In this document: positions 1 through 15,834 of the stretch, one piece after another | Numbering within the stretch: position 1 is the stretch's first letter | How the letters are laid out: each line of letters opens with the position of its first letter | DNA from: the human T2T-CHM13v2.0 reference genome, Homo sapiens | Reading direction: 5' to 3' (one strand) | DNA: 64,000 bases | Assembly: GCF_009914755.1 (NCBI RefSeq) | Contig: NC_060940.1 | Made by a program: the position numbers and the translations under genes | The notes under the pieces: model-generated | Database searches by the model: none | Told to the model about the DNA's origin: nothing | The model's input: only the letters and a program-made list of their open reading frames with translations

Positions 1-19
1 TGAGCAATTTCTTTTTTTC

Positions 20-161
20 TCTATTTTTTCTTTTTTTTGTAGAGATAGGGAGGGTTTCACTATGTTGCCTAGGCTGATCTCAAACTCCTAGCCTTAAGCA
101 ATCCTTCTACCATGGTTTCCCAAATTGCTGGGATTACAGACATGAGACATGGTGCTCAGCC
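20..161 (-). mobile_element. Alu left monomer (FLAM/AluJ-like)
   Basis: T-rich tail then reverse-complement Alu left arm (gtagagat...gctgggattacag...cagcc). Confidence 0.85.
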
Positions 162-199
162 GGTGTCATTTGATTAGTGCTGCAGAACCCCTACCAGGA

Positions 200-355
200 T
201 CAGGCCGGGTGAACTTGACCTGAAGCCATATTCTTGCTCACTTCTTCCACGATCCCTTCCTGCTTCCCTCGCACTTCTCTTGAGAACCCTTCCTCAACAG
301 ATCACACTCTCCAATTCCCATCTCAGACTCTGCCTCTAGGGAATGTAACCTAAGG
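200..355 (+). mobile_element. ERVL LTR16-like 3' fragment
   Basis: ends catctcagactctgcctctagggaatgtaacctaagg, resembling the LTR16 3' terminus. Confidence 0.5.
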
Positions 356-564
356 CTCAGGGTCAACATTCACTGGGGATACCCAACTGGCCTTGCAGAA
401 ATGGAAGATGGAAGATTGCTTAATGGCGTTATATGAGTTATGGAAGGGATGTCTGACCTGCTTTCTCTTTAACCATCGTGAGGAAGGAAGACGATGAGGC
501 TCTCATGCTTCTGTCTTAGGGCTTTTTGGGTTTGTAGCTTGGTCTGACATCTTGGTTGTGTGTC

Positions 565-745
565 TCTGGGCAAGGACAATTTTTGTCCCTCAGTTTCCCT
601 GTCTATAAATGGAGATAATAATCATGCTTTATTTATAGGACTGTTAAGAGGATTAACTGAGATAATTAATATCAAGAACTTAGAAGGATATATGGTACTT
701 GGTGAGTACTATATTACATTGCTGTTATTATTACTGATATTATTA
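565..745 (+). mobile_element. MIR
   Basis: core cctcagtttccctgtctataaatggagataataat...gaggattaactgagataat. Confidence 0.8.
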
Positions 746-1506
746 CTATTAGTATCATTGTCATGTTAAAATGCAGCTACAGAATGCAAATTGCTGTCTT
801 TATGAAGAACAGTTTTCTGGCTTGAATCAAGAGCCTTCAGTATGTCTCTATCCTTTCATCCAGTAGTTTCCAAACTTGGAAGTGAGCCTTAGGGAATAAT
901 CTGAAATGCAGAAAAGGTTTTATTCATCCGTGTCTCATCATAGCATTATTTACAATGGGAAAAAAAGGAAATCATTCCACTGTCCAACAATAGGGCAAAG
1001 TTGAATTAGCATGTGTACCACAGCACTCACTCCCTTCACAGCAGTTCAATGTCCCTCAAGGATCCAAAACAATGAAGATGCTAAGTTGACAAATGCACTG
1101 CGGGAAGAAAGAGATAGAGATGGTTAAGTCAGTTTCCCAACATCTGTTGAGCACCTGCTGTGTGACTAGGCATTGTGCTACGTGATGGGGGTCCCTTTTC
1201 TCAAGTCATCTCCATCCCATGAAGGAGACAGACAGGTGCATAGCTGATTAGAGTGCAGACCAATATAGGCTGTGACAAGGATAAGAACAAGCTGGTTATG
1301 GAAGCTGAGAGGCAGAACACAGCTTTATTTGAAGGAGCAGAGAAGAATTCCCAGGGAGCCTACCATCCTAGTAGCTTTGTGTCTTTGGGGTGTCAAGATC
1401 AGCTAAAAAGACAGTCGCATTACAACCAGCAGAATTTTAGAAAACTTAATTCATTTTTTTTGGATACCAGTCCTTGCAATACTCGGTTCTACATGCCCTG
1501 ATCCCA

Positions 1507-1528
1507 TGTGTGTGTGTGTGTGTGTGTG
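1507..1528. repeat. (TG)11 microsatellite
   Basis: read directly. Confidence 0.95.
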
Positions 1529-1851
1529 TTGGTGAACTTAGGTGCAGATTTTGTAAGAGCCACTATCATCATAATGTCTACAATTGCCTCTCAAATTTTA
1601 CCCTTGCCATCACTATGGCAACCCACAAAACAAAAAAGGCAGAAGGAAAGGCTTTTGATCTTATCTTGCCTGGGGCTTTGCCATAGCCTTTGATATTCCC
1701 TGAGACATCCGGAAGTTCACCATTGTGCATCCAATATTCTGGGTCACCTGGATGTTGCTTCTTTGTGGCATTGGCTCCTCTCAGAGGGTGTGGGAAATAA
1801 TGAGAAATTCTAAAACAATTAGTTGGAGGTTATGAAAAGCCATGTGCAAAT

Positions 1852-2382
1852 TGTGGCAGATTGTATTTTCCATAGATGATTACAGTAAGGTCTCCTGTCG
1901 CACATGCGGTGCTATGGCCTTGGCATCCCCATTGAGTTGTAATTTTTGTGCCCTCCCTGTGAATCTGGATGGGTCTTGGGGACTGTCTTGACCAACTGAA
2001 CGTAGAAGTGATGGTATGTGACTTCTGAGCCTAGCTTATAAAAATGCCATGCACATCTGCCTTGTGCTCCATCTTGGAAGCCAGCCATCATGCTGTGAGG
2101 AAGCCCAAATGTCCTGTGGAGAGGCCCATGTGAGGAAGACTGAGGTCCCCAGCCCATAGCCCTGGCTGAGGTCCCAGCTGATAGACAGCACCAACTTGTC
2201 AGCCATACGAGTTATGATTTAGTTCTCCATCTAGCTACCCCAGTGCGTGCCACCTCGAATGGAGATGAGCTGTTTTCACTGAGCCCTACTCAACCTATAA
2301 ATTTGTGAGTAAAATAAAGCACTGTTGTATTAAGCCATTAAGTTTTGGAATAGTTGGCCACTTGGCAATAGACAACCCAAAC
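1852..2382 (+). mobile_element. MaLR MLT1 solo LTR (MLT1G/H-like)
   Basis: tgtggcagattg start, gccatcatgctgtgaggaagccca core, aataaa...ttaagccattaagttttgga...aaaca end. Confidence 0.75.
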
Positions 2383-2435
2383 AAATCTATGTCCTAACAA
2401 GATGTTTTGCTTTGTGGAGGGAGAATATGCACTCA

Positions 2436-2779
2436 TTTTTATTTTGTATGTATGTATGTATGTATGTATGTATGTATTTATTTATTTATTTATTTATTTT
2501 TGAGACAGAGTCTCGCACTGTCACCAAGGCGGGAATGCAGTGGTGCGATCTCGGCTCACTGCAACCTCCCCTTCCTGGGTTCAAACGATTCTCCTGCCTC
2601 AGCTTCCTGAGTAGCTGGGATTATAGGTGTGAGCCACCACACTGGGCTAATTTTTTTGTATTTTCAGTAGAGATGGGGTTTCACCATGTTGGCCAGGCTG
2701 GTCTCGAACTCCTGACCTCAGATGATTCGCCCACCTTGGCGAGTGCTGGGATTACAGGCATGAGCCACTGTGCCTGGCC
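2436..2779 (-). mobile_element. AluS with (TATG)n(TATT)n tail
   Basis: full dimeric Alu, reverse complement; tail converted to microsatellite at about 2445-2500. Confidence 0.95.
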
Positions 2780-2784
2780 TAATT

Positions 2785-2950
2785 TTTATTTTTTATTGAA
2801 TTTTTAATTTTTTAATTTTTAATTTTTTTATTTAGAGACAAGGTTTAACTGTGTTGCCCAGGCTGGTCTTGAACTCCTGGCCTCAAGCATTCTTCTCACC
2901 TCAGCCTCTCAAAGTGTTGAGTTTACAGGCATGAGCCACTGCACGTGTCC
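2785..2950 (-). mobile_element. FLAM/AluJ left monomer
   Basis: ttgcccaggctggtcttgaactcctggcctcaagc...acaggcatgagccactgc. Confidence 0.85.
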
Positions 2951-3479
2951 CATCCCCAATTTTCTGTCTTCTACCTGCACTGATGCATTTCTAATTCTGT
3001 TTTAAAATTAGACCTCCTCAAGATTCTGAGTAGCTCTCAACAGTGACCTTGTAGCAGAGACTTGAAAAATGAGTTCAGGTGGAGAATGTAGGAAAGGCAT
3101 GGGAGGTGACAGGAACTACTCGGGCCAAGGCAGTATAGCACAAGGAATTTAGTGGGCACAGGGAGCTAGGAGCAGTTAGCTGTTTCTGGCATGTAAGAAG
3201 AAGGTATAGAGAAGCAGGGCATGAGGGTGGACAAGTAATGGGGGCTACATCTGAGAACCTGATGGGGATGCAGAATGGGAGCTGGTGACTTGTCTCCAAT
3301 TACATGGTAAACTCAAGTGCGGCTGGTTCCTTATTCTGGACTCCCTGATCCTCAGCATAGAACCCTGGCCACCATTTTTGGTTCCAGCATAAACTGCCCT
3401 TGATGGTAGTTTCCTTTAAGGCCCTGAAGGTTTTGAGTGAGAAAAGCAAGGAGGTCATACAGTATAATGATTATGACCT

Positions 3480-3670
3480 TGAGCTCTGGGCTCAGATGCA
3501 AGCTTCCTGCTAGGTTGACCTGGTGATACAGGACTTCTCTAGGTCTCAGACTTCCTGTTTCCACAGTGGGGTGATGATAATAGCATGGACCTCATGGGGC
3601 TGTTTTGCAGGTTCAACGAAACCGTTAACGTAAAACCTTTAGCACATTGTCGATGTTCGTTACAGGTAGC
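3480..3670 (+). mobile_element. MIR
   Basis: ctcagacttcctgtttccacagtggggtgatgataatag core and 3' arm. Confidence 0.6.
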
Positions 3671-3751
3671 TATTTCAACATCTGGAAGTGTGTGTAGAAG
3701 GAAGGTCGGGTGAACACAAGTGAATACAATTAGGCTTATAGAAAACTGTGA

Positions 3752-4109
<358 letters not shown>

Positions 4110-4156
4110 TTAGAAACAAAATTATTTTCTGATCCTCCCAAGAAAATGTCTTTTCA

Positions 4157-4681
<525 letters not shown>

Positions 4682-4835
4682 TCAGGTGACTCTGTCAAAG
4701 ACTCCTTAATGGCTTCCTTAATGGACTTCCACTGTCTCAGAAGTGGAATGGAATTGTTTCTGTGCAAAAATTCAGGTGTGATGTCTAGTTCATACCGTGT
4801 ACAGAAGGAGAATGTTTTGCAGTTATAGCCCGGTC

Positions 4836-5494
<659 letters not shown>

Positions 5495-5609
5495 CTAGAA
5501 AAACAGCCTCCTTAGCATGGTGTGTTTAAGTTCTTCTAAGAGTCTGTGTTTTAGGGTTTCTTTTAGTGCAAAGCCAACAACCCAAGTTCTAGAGTTATAA
5601 AAACTTAAT

Positions 5610-5790
5610 TCCCAGTTGTGTCACTCAGTGCCTCTGTGACATTGGGCAAGGGACCTATCCTTTCTGAACACTGGTTTTCTCATCTGTACAATAGCATCAG
5701 TAACTCTGCCCCAGGACTGTTGCAAAGGCCCCAGGAGGCAAGGCATGCCGATGGCACAGTGTGTCACCTGCCTGTACGATGTGCCCATTC
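5610..5790 (+). mobile_element. MIR
   Basis: tgtgacattgggcaag...ttttctcatctgtacaatag. Confidence 0.65.
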
Positions 5791-6389
5791 CCTTCCAGCC
5801 TCTGGCTCCTTCTTCTTGTCCCCTGGAGCAAAGCAGAGGACTGGCGGAGCTGGGGGATCTTGAGGGGCTGGGTTTTCACTCTTCACTCCCCCTCTCCTTG
5901 GCTGTGCTTTGCTGCAATGCCTGCAATTTTTGCTGCTTTAAAAACAAAATCAATACTCCATTAGCTCATACCTTTTGTAGTTGCTGAACACAGGCCACCA
6001 TTGGGGGCTCACCGGGGCTGCAGGACAAGACCTGAAGCCTGGCTCCGGCAGAAGCAGCCCATCTCAGAGGCACAGGGAGCTGATGGCAGCTGGCAAGGCC
6101 CCGGCTTCTTTTGATGTTTCATCCCAATGCCCCTCTGCTAGGAACTCTTGCCAGCAGCAAAGAAATAGCGGCAGAATAAAAACTTTGAAGGAATTCATTC
6201 ATTTGGCAAATATTGAATGAGTTTCTGCTCTGACGGGAAGTGGATTTAGTGTGAAACAGACATAGGTTTGGATCCTGGATCATCCTGGGCTGCTGAGGAG
6301 CTATCGTCTGTGTGCCTGGCATGAAGTAGGCGCCTGTTAGATAGAGGCTGAGTGATGGGATGCATTTTGTGATAATTGGTGAGGCATAT

Positions 6390-6530
6390 TGCTTTTCAGA
6401 ACCTTAGTTCTTTATCTCTGAAATGGGCGTAATCATAGTCCCTCCTCCACAATTCCCTTTGTGTTAGGAGATAGTGTAAGTGATGTGCAGAACTACCACA
6501 CTGTTGCCTGTCTACAAGCGCTGGCATTGA
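6390..6530 (+). mobile_element. MIR
   Basis: ccttagttctttatctctgaaatgggcgtaatcatag core. Confidence 0.6.
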
Positions 6531-6798
6531 TGATAATGGGCATTTAAAGTCCACCCTGACTGGCTGCGGAGAACTATTTCCATCCAAAATTGTATTATAC
6601 CTTCACCCCATCACTCCTGCAGCCAGTAATGCAAATGGTTTTTTCTGTCCCCTAATTATCTCCATTTGCATTCTCTTTCTTTTGTTACATAAGCTGAGAT
6701 ATTAGACGCATTGGCTGTGAAGATTGAATTCTCTTCTAATTACAAGAAATATGGCCTTTTCTTTCTTCCGTTAGTCCTAATGGAAATTAGCTGCATAA

Positions 6799-7238
<440 letters not shown>

Positions 7239-8829
7239 GCCTATAGACTTTCTCTGCCACTCTCCCTAGACCACTGTGTCTCCTCATGTGCATGGCTTTT
7301 TTTTTTTTTTTAATGTCATTGTCATTGTGATCATCCCAGAAGAGAAGCCAGACCTGCAAGGACACATCTGAGATGGTCTCTATGGATCCAACAATTTATT
7401 TGTCATCTTCAGGCCCCTGACAGAACACAGAATGGAGAGAAGGCCCAGATCTAATGCTGGGTGGAGGGAGGAGGAGGGTGGTAGGTGGGAGAAGAGAATG
7501 GTTTGATAATTCCTGCCCACCACCGATTAACTGCAAGAGCACAGGGATTTTACTTAATATCTCCACGTATCAGTTCTTCATCCACCATCCTGTGGAAAAT
7601 TCCAAGTCCTGTCCTCATTCTCTGGATCTAGACACAGAGGCAGGGATAGAAAGGGGACCTTAAGAGTCACCAGACAGAGCCGGGAGGAGATTTCACATCG
7701 TGGTCCATGGTTCCTTCTCTAACCGCACTTCTGAGGTCTCTGCGGTGGGGACATTTGCTGTCATGGAATCCCAGCCATGGCCTGAGTGTGGCCAGCAAGT
7801 TCTTGTGATCAGCCAGGTCCTGAACATGGCTGGAGGGCAGGGGGAGCAGAAACAAGCACTGGGGACAGGTAAGGAAGCCTAGCTGTCCATGCCTTTCCTC
7901 CGGTGCTCTCAGAGAATAAAGGAACAAATAAAGAGAGAAAGGAATGAGAGGAGAGGGGATGATACGAAGAGGGGGGTGGAGAGAAAAGGAGAAACTGAGA
8001 AAGAATATTTCTTTCCTTGCTATGTTTTTTGGCTCTGTCTTATGGGAGAGAAGGGACCTGCCCTATGTCCCACAGCTGGGGAGCAGCAGACTCTGGACTG
8101 TGTCAACTGCATGGGCTTCAGTTTCCGGTGATGGCACCTGGTTATTGCTATTCTGTTCAGGAGGCTGGATGCAGCAGACTCTCATGGAAATGAATCCTGT
8201 AGACGTGATGAATTGCCCTCAGGGCTCAAAGCCACCAGCTGGGCAACCTCCAGTCCTGGTGCTGTGCTGGCTGAGGGACAGCAGCTTCCTATACGCGGCT
8301 CTTGGGGTGCAGAGATGGGGCAGTGGGAGGCAGGGCTGAGTAGCAAGGGACTGTCCTTGCTAGCTGCACCCTTCATGCCTGGTCTACCTTTCCGTGAAGC
8401 TGCCTGGAAGAGGAAATGAGAATCTAATGACATAAGAGTTCTGTTGGGGGGTTTGTCAGCCTCCTGCAGCTTGGTCACTGGTTGCAGGAATCCTGTGTCA
8501 GATAAGGGCAGATAGATTCTTTAATTGTCCTGGCAGCATGGAAGCCCACTGCCACGGGAGAAGTACAACCTTCCCTTCTAGCAGGCGCGAAGGGTTAGAA
8601 GCCAGCTCAGTGCCATGGGAGGAACAGGGATCTAGAGTCAGGCAGATGTGAGGCTGGGATCCCAGCTGTGCTGCCCTCCAGCTCTGCACATCCCTCTCTG
8701 AGTCCCGATTTCTTCACTTGCCAAGTGGGAATGATCATAGTAAAAGTGTATTTGCTGACATTTATGGAGTATTTGCTGTTCTGTGCGCTTTAGGGTATTA
8801 ACTCTAATTTAATCCTCACAACAGCCACT

Positions 8830-9125
8830 TCTGGTTATCTGTGGCTGTGAAACTTAGTGGCTTAAAACCCCAGTGGGTCATTCTCTCCCACGCTTCTGTG
8901 GGTTGAGTGGGTTCAGGGGGGTGGTTCTGGCTTGGAGTCCCTCTTGCAGCTGTGGGTCAGTTGCAGCGGGGGTGGACTCATCCGAATACTCGGCAGAGCT
9001 GTACATCCCAGGGGTCGTCTTCATCCCTAGGTTCAGGGCCACAGGGCTCCCCGGCTTCTCTGTCAGCATGGGGCCTCATCCTTCAGGCCTCTCCGTGTGA
9101 CTTGGGCTTCTCACAGTATGGGAAG
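8830..9125 (-). mobile_element. old MaLR MLT1 LTR fragment
   Basis: aaacttagtggcttaaaa...ttctgtgggttg...cttgggcttctcacagtatgg typical of antisense MLT1. Confidence 0.6.
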
Positions 9126-9126
9126 C

Positions 9127-9450
9127 GTATGCATGTTCCTTTGCTGCTGTAACCAGTTTTCACGAATGGAGCAACTTAAAAAATGTGCATTTGTTATGTC
9201 AGAGTTCTGAAGGTCAGAAGACCAGGTACAGCCTGGCTCAGCTGTGTCCTCTGCTTACAGCCTCATGAGGCCAAAATCAGGGGGTCAGCAGGGCCACGTT
9301 CCATTTGTTGGCTCCAGGAATGAATTCACTTCCAGACTTGTTCAGGTTGTTGGCTGATTTCAGTTCCTTGTGATTGTAGGACTGAGGTGCCTGTTTCCAG
9401 CTGGGGGCTGGTCTTTGCTCCTAGAAGCTGTCTGCATTCCTTCTCATGGA
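9127..9450 (-). mobile_element. MaLR MLT1D/E-like LTR fragment
   Basis: ttgctgctgtaac...ggtcagaag...caggttgttggctgatttcagttccttgtgattgtaggactgagg. Confidence 0.75.
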
Positions 9451-9539
9451 GCCGATGGTGGCTCTTGGTATGTGGGTAGCATCTGTCCTACTCCCTGGCC
9501 TACCCCCTCTGCTGCAGCTCTCCTATCCCTACTGAGTCA

Positions 9540-10260
<721 letters not shown>

Positions 10261-10708
10261 TTAGGAAAAGGAATCTACTCATATGTGAGGGGTATCCGGT
10301 TTGCTGGGGCTGCTCTCGACCGCAATCAGTGTTCATCATCTGGGCATTTGTGGCATCCTAGCCGGGGATGAGGTGCCCCAGATAGGTCCCAGGTAATGAC
10401 TTGTGGCTGCTGTCGGTCGAGGGCAGGAAGGCATCCTGCTCCCTCATCCTGGGTGGGCATAATCTTGGCCCCACTTGGAGGCTGAAGGCAGGGATGTTGG
10501 CTTAGGGAGAGGACAGAGGGAAGGGGGGCGTTTTCATGTCAGCCTCTTGTCCCTTGCTAGGACTGAGTCTCAAACGGTGAGAGATGGCTGGGCGGGCTTT
10601 GTTCACTCACCCTGTCCCTGGGGGGATACTTGGGCCAATTGGTGAAGGCTCAGTTGACTCCACAGTACTCCTGAGACACACTTTCTAGGGACCATCTCTG
10701 CTTAATAA

Positions 10709-11124
<416 letters not shown>

Positions 11125-11259
11125 TAGTACTACACTTCAGTGTTTTAAAGCACCATCAGTCCTGGCTGGATCCTGACAAACCAGAGAGGTATTCAGGTTT
11201 CTGGGGACACATTCATTTCAGCCTCTTTTAGGCCAGCCTGGGAAATAGTCAAGAGGAGA

Positions 11260-11440
11260 GGAGAACTGGGTTCACATCCTGGCTCAGCCATTTCCCAGTT
11301 GTGTGGCCCTGGTCAGGCAACTTCATCCCTCTGAGACTCATCTTTCTCATCTGTAAAATGGGAACAATAACATTACCTGCCTCATATGTTAATTGTTAAG
11401 GTCAACTAAACTACACTACATTAAGTGAATGAAAGTGCTT
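11260..11440 (+). mobile_element. MIR
   Basis: ctgggttcacatcctggctcagcca...ctcatctgtaaaatgggaacaataa. Confidence 0.85.
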
Positions 11441-11469
11441 AAGGGAGGATTCAGCCAACGTCAGACGCT

Positions 11470-11965
11470 GTGACTCTGTGCGTCCCTGTAGGTCCACTGC
11501 TCCGTGTCCTCCTGCTCTGTGCCCTCAGAGGCTGACCTGTATGAACCACATCAAAGGGCTCCCTTGATCTTAGGGCTTGGGTTGGGTTGGGCTGGGGAGC
11601 ATTGTCAAGAGGTAGGAGTGAAGGAGCGAGGTCAAGATATTTCTTCTCTTTGCTCCCTCTTCGCAGGGCCAACTGGGGTCAGTCGCATTCCTTGACTGAG
11701 GGTCTTTGCTCCTGCTTTATGACCCTGCACTCACAGGTTTCTCTGTGTCCAGATTTTGATAATTGCTCCCTCCTCCTCACCCCTCCAGGCCTAAGGGGGT
11801 AACTGCTCCACTGCCACAAGCCTCAGGTTACTGCACTGTCCTTTGAGAATTTCCAACACCCTGCACATTTTTTCCTTTTAAATAATTCTTTATTCATCTC
11901 AGCTCAAGTTGGTCTCACCCCATTGGAGTGGCGAGCTAATTTCCTGCTGGGACCCTGACCGATCC
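11470..11965 (+). mobile_element. ERVL LTR33-like solo LTR
   Basis: ctgctctgtgccctcagaggctgacctgtatg...catcaaagggctcccttg; ends tttcctgctgggaccctgaccgat. Confidence 0.7.
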
Positions 11966-12301
11966 AACCCTAATCCTTACTGTGGATGGTCCAATGAGTC
12001 TACTGAAGTTGACACAAGATTTTTCCATGATGTGTCCACCAGTGTTCTGTCTGGCTGGACCAAGGAGTTGGCCCAGTGTGACAGTTCAATTGAGGCATGA
12101 CCTTCCCCAAATCAGGGTTAGGGGCCTTTCCTAAATAGTGATTAAACTGACTTTTGACTGGCACTCCCCTGGGGACCTTACTGGAGACCTGAGTTCTCTT
12201 AGGCTCTTAGGCTGTGTCCTACTAGGCCTTGTCCCTATAGGAAGGTCAAGGAGCAGACCAGGTTATTCCCAGGTGGTGAGATGGGATAAGAGCTCACAGT
12301 C

Positions 12302-13064
12302 AATGTAACTGATGTGAGATGGTATCTCATTATGGTTTTGGTTTGCATTTCTCTCATGGCCAGTGATAATGAGCATTTTTTCATGTGTTTTTTGCTGCAT
12401 AAATGTCTTCTTTTGAGAAGATGTGGAGAAATAGGAACACTTTTACACTGTTGGTGGGACTGTAAACTAGTTCAACCATTGTGGAAGTCAGTGTGGCAAT
12501 TTCTCAGGGATCTAGAACTAGAAATACCGTTTGACCCAGCCATCCCATTACTGGGTATATACCCAAAGGATTATAAATCATGCTGCTATAAAGACACATG
12601 CACACGTATGTTTATAGCAGCACTATTCAGAATAGCAAAGACTTGGAACCAACCTAAATGTCCAACAATGATAGACTGGGTTAAGAAAATGTGGCACATA
12701 TACACCATGGAATACTATGCAGCCATAAAAAATGATGAGTTCATGTCCTTTGTAGGGGCATGGATGAAGCTGGAAACCATCATTCTCAGCAAACTATCAC
12801 AAGGACAAAAAACCAAACACCGCATGTTCTCACTCATAGGTGGGAATTGAACAATGAGAACACATGGACACAGGAAGGGGAATATCACATACTGGGGACT
12901 GTTGTGGGGTGTAGTGGGGGATGGATAGCATTAGGAGATACACCTAATGCTAAATGACGAGTTAATGGGTGCAGCACACCAACATGGCACATGTATACAT
13001 ATGTAACAAACCTGCACCTTGTGCACATGTACCCTAAAACTTAAAGTATTTAAAAAAAAAAAAA
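12302..13064 (+). mobile_element. 5'-truncated, 5'-inverted L1PA (L1PA3/4-like); ORF2p C-terminal remnant
   Basis: 12302-12420 is antisense L1 ORF2; 12421 onward is sense ORF2 end (CGEIGTLLHCWWDC...SLIGGN*), 3'UTR and poly-A; TSD aagagctcacagtc at 12288-12301 and 13065-13078. Confidence 0.95.
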
Positions 13065-13221
13065 AAGAGCTCACAGTCTTAGCAGCAGTGGCAGGATTTT
13101 TGTATCTGACAGCCAACCTCCAACCACCTCCACTCAGCCCTGGAGAGATCTGATTAGTGAGGTGTAGAGGCTAAAGCACACTTAGCCTTAACTTAGCTAA
13201 AGCTTTCGACATATGGCTCTT

Positions 13222-13539
<318 letters not shown>

Positions 13540-13634
13540 TGACTCTTAACATCCAGTTCTTGGTGTGATCTTGGGCTTGACATCTGACCACTCCCGCTTT
13601 TTGTTTAGTTCCCTGCCTTATAAAAAAATAAACG

Positions 13635-13966
13635 GGCCAGCCCCGGTGGCTCACACTTGTAATCCCAGCACTTTGGGAGGCTGGGGTGGGAGGATCACTC
13701 AAGTGCAGGAGTTGGAGGCCAGCCTGGAAAACATGGCAAGACCTGCACCTGCACCCCCCAACCCCAATCTCTACAAAAAAATTTAAATAAAATTGTCAGG
13801 ACATGGTGATGTGCGTCTGTAGTCCCAGCTACTCAGGATGCTGAGGCAGAAGGATCACTTGAGTCTGGGAAGTTGATACTGCAGTGGGCTGTGATTGTGC
13901 CAGTGCACTTCAGCCTGGACAACAGAGTGAGACACTGTCCCAAAAAAGAAAAAAATAAAATAAAAA
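13635..13966 (+). mobile_element. AluJ
   Basis: diverged dimeric Alu with a C-rich insertion before the mid A-stretch. Confidence 0.9.
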
Positions 13967-13976
13967 GCAACAACAT

Positions 13977-14125
13977 GTGATAGTTTAATGTGTTAACCTG
14001 GCTAGGCTACAGTTCCCAGTTATCCAGTCAAACACAAATGTAGGTGTTACTTTGAAGGGATTTTGTAGATGTGGCTATGTAAGGTCTACAATCAGTTGAC
14101 TTTCAGTCAAATTTGAGATAATCCT
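13977..14125 (+). mobile_element. ERVL MLT2 LTR 5' fragment
   Basis: tgtgatagtttaatgtgttaacctggctaggctacagttcccagttatccagtcaaacac. Confidence 0.7.
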
Positions 14126-14267
14126 TTTCCCTTGGCTTACTTCCCAAGGTATCAGCTGATAGGAGATTCAAACAGTGGTTCTGTGTCTGGGGTCCAAAAG
14201 ATGTGTAGAATTTTGTGTCTGTTAATATTTTTCTAGGAAGAAGGTCCATCCACGCTCCTTCATTCTT

Positions 14268-14513
14268 TTTTTTGAGATGGAGTTTCTCTCTTTGGTTCAG
14301 GCTGGAGTGAAGTGGCATGATCTCGGCTCACTGCAGCAACATCTGCCCCACAGATTCAAGCGATTCTCCTGCCTCAGCCTCCTGAGTAGCTGGGATTATA
14401 TTATAGACGCCCACGACCACATCTGTCTAATTTCTATATTTTTAGTAGAGATGGTGGTTTCACCATGTTGGCAAGGCTGGTCTCAAACCCCTGATCTCAG
14501 GTGATCCACCCGC
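14268..14513 (-). mobile_element. 5'-truncated AluS with 13-bp TSD
   Basis: TSD ctccttcattctt at 14255-14267 and 14514-14526; first ~50 nt of the Alu absent. Confidence 0.92.
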
Positions 14514-15289
14514 CTCCTTCATTCTTAAACATGAAAAGGTTAAGAATCCCTAGATATTAGGTATGTGTCACTTCTCCTAGGATCATGTGATTTTACAGGT
14601 GGCATTTGAATAGCCAAAGGAATGAATCTTTAAGGGTGGAATTATGACAGGGGATTGCACAGATGCTAGGGGCTTGGGCAGCCTGGAGCCTCCTCATTTG
14701 GCCCTGTACAGACCATGCTTCTCTGACAGCTGTGTTCAGGCACTTTAATGTATAGCTGCTGGTTTTATTATCACACAGAGGGAAAACAAAGTCTGAAAGA
14801 TTCATGTAGGATTATAAAGAAGCCAGATTTACTCTTCGCTAAAACTTTTCCAGAGTGAAGGAGAAAGGAAAATACTAATAAAAACTGACTTGCTAAATTA
14901 AATGGACAGAGAGCAGATTAAAAAAAAAACAACCTCACAATGAAGGGATTTGGCTGGCTGATGTTGGCTAGAGAATATTTAAGAGGACAAAAGATGGATA
15001 AAGCAAAGGAAAAGTTGCTTCCTCTTTTCTTGGGGCAATCCAGTCTCTATCTTTAGGAATTGGAGAGCAGAATGTTCATGTTCTCGTTTCTTAGCAACAC
15101 CAGGTGGTCCAACACTAGGGGGTGGATAATCTTTTGAGGATGGAATTCTGTTTTTTATTCCTTCTCACACCCTTTACCTCCTCCCTCTCTGTTTTCTGGC
15201 TGTGTTTGTCCTTCGTATTTATTAAGCCCTGAGAAGATACAGGGTATGATGGTAGATAATTTTGCCAGCATTATCTCAGCTTTGCAACG

Positions 15290-15450
15290 TGCCAGCTATG
15301 TGGCTTTAGTCAAGTGACTTAACCCAGCTGTGATGTAGTTTCTTTTGTTCAGGGATCAGCTGTGGGGATTGCATGAAGTGCTACGTCTACAGCCATTCGT
15401 GTGGAGTCTGGGAGTAGCAGTCCGTTAATAAATGTTAGTTCTTCTTTCTC
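15290..15450 (+). mobile_element. MIR
   Basis: agctatgtggctttagtcaagtgacttaacc...aataaatgttagtt. Confidence 0.6.
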
Positions 15451-15834
15451 CTTGTAACAGAATTAGCCAGTGCCTAATGCATCTAACGAATAAATGTGCA
15501 TTTTAAAGATGCTGACATGGTGAACAAGAAACTGGCTCCTTTTGTCACCTAAAAAAAGGGTACCTGGACACTAAAGGGCTGAAGTTGCCTATTTTTAAAT
15601 ATTAAGGTGGGATCTCGATTCTTGTTTTAAGGTGTGAAGTAGGCAGGGGTAGTTTTTGAAATGCAAATGGGCATTGTGTTGCCATGACGAAGATGCTGCA
15701 AGGAAAGAGAAAATCACAGAACTTCAGAACCAGAACAGATTTTCAAACAAAATAACTCTATTTTCTAAGCCCAAATTGGGACGGAGGGTCAGAAGGGTAC
15801 AAGTGCTCTTATGGGGACAGCGGGACAAAGCCAT

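Noticed and set aside
8878-9069. Protein-looking 63-aa ORF
   Set aside because: Lies within an MLT1 LTR fragment.
12314-12850. 178-aa ORF as a host gene
   Set aside because: Entirely L1-derived (inverted piece plus ORF2p C-terminus); reported as a mobile element.
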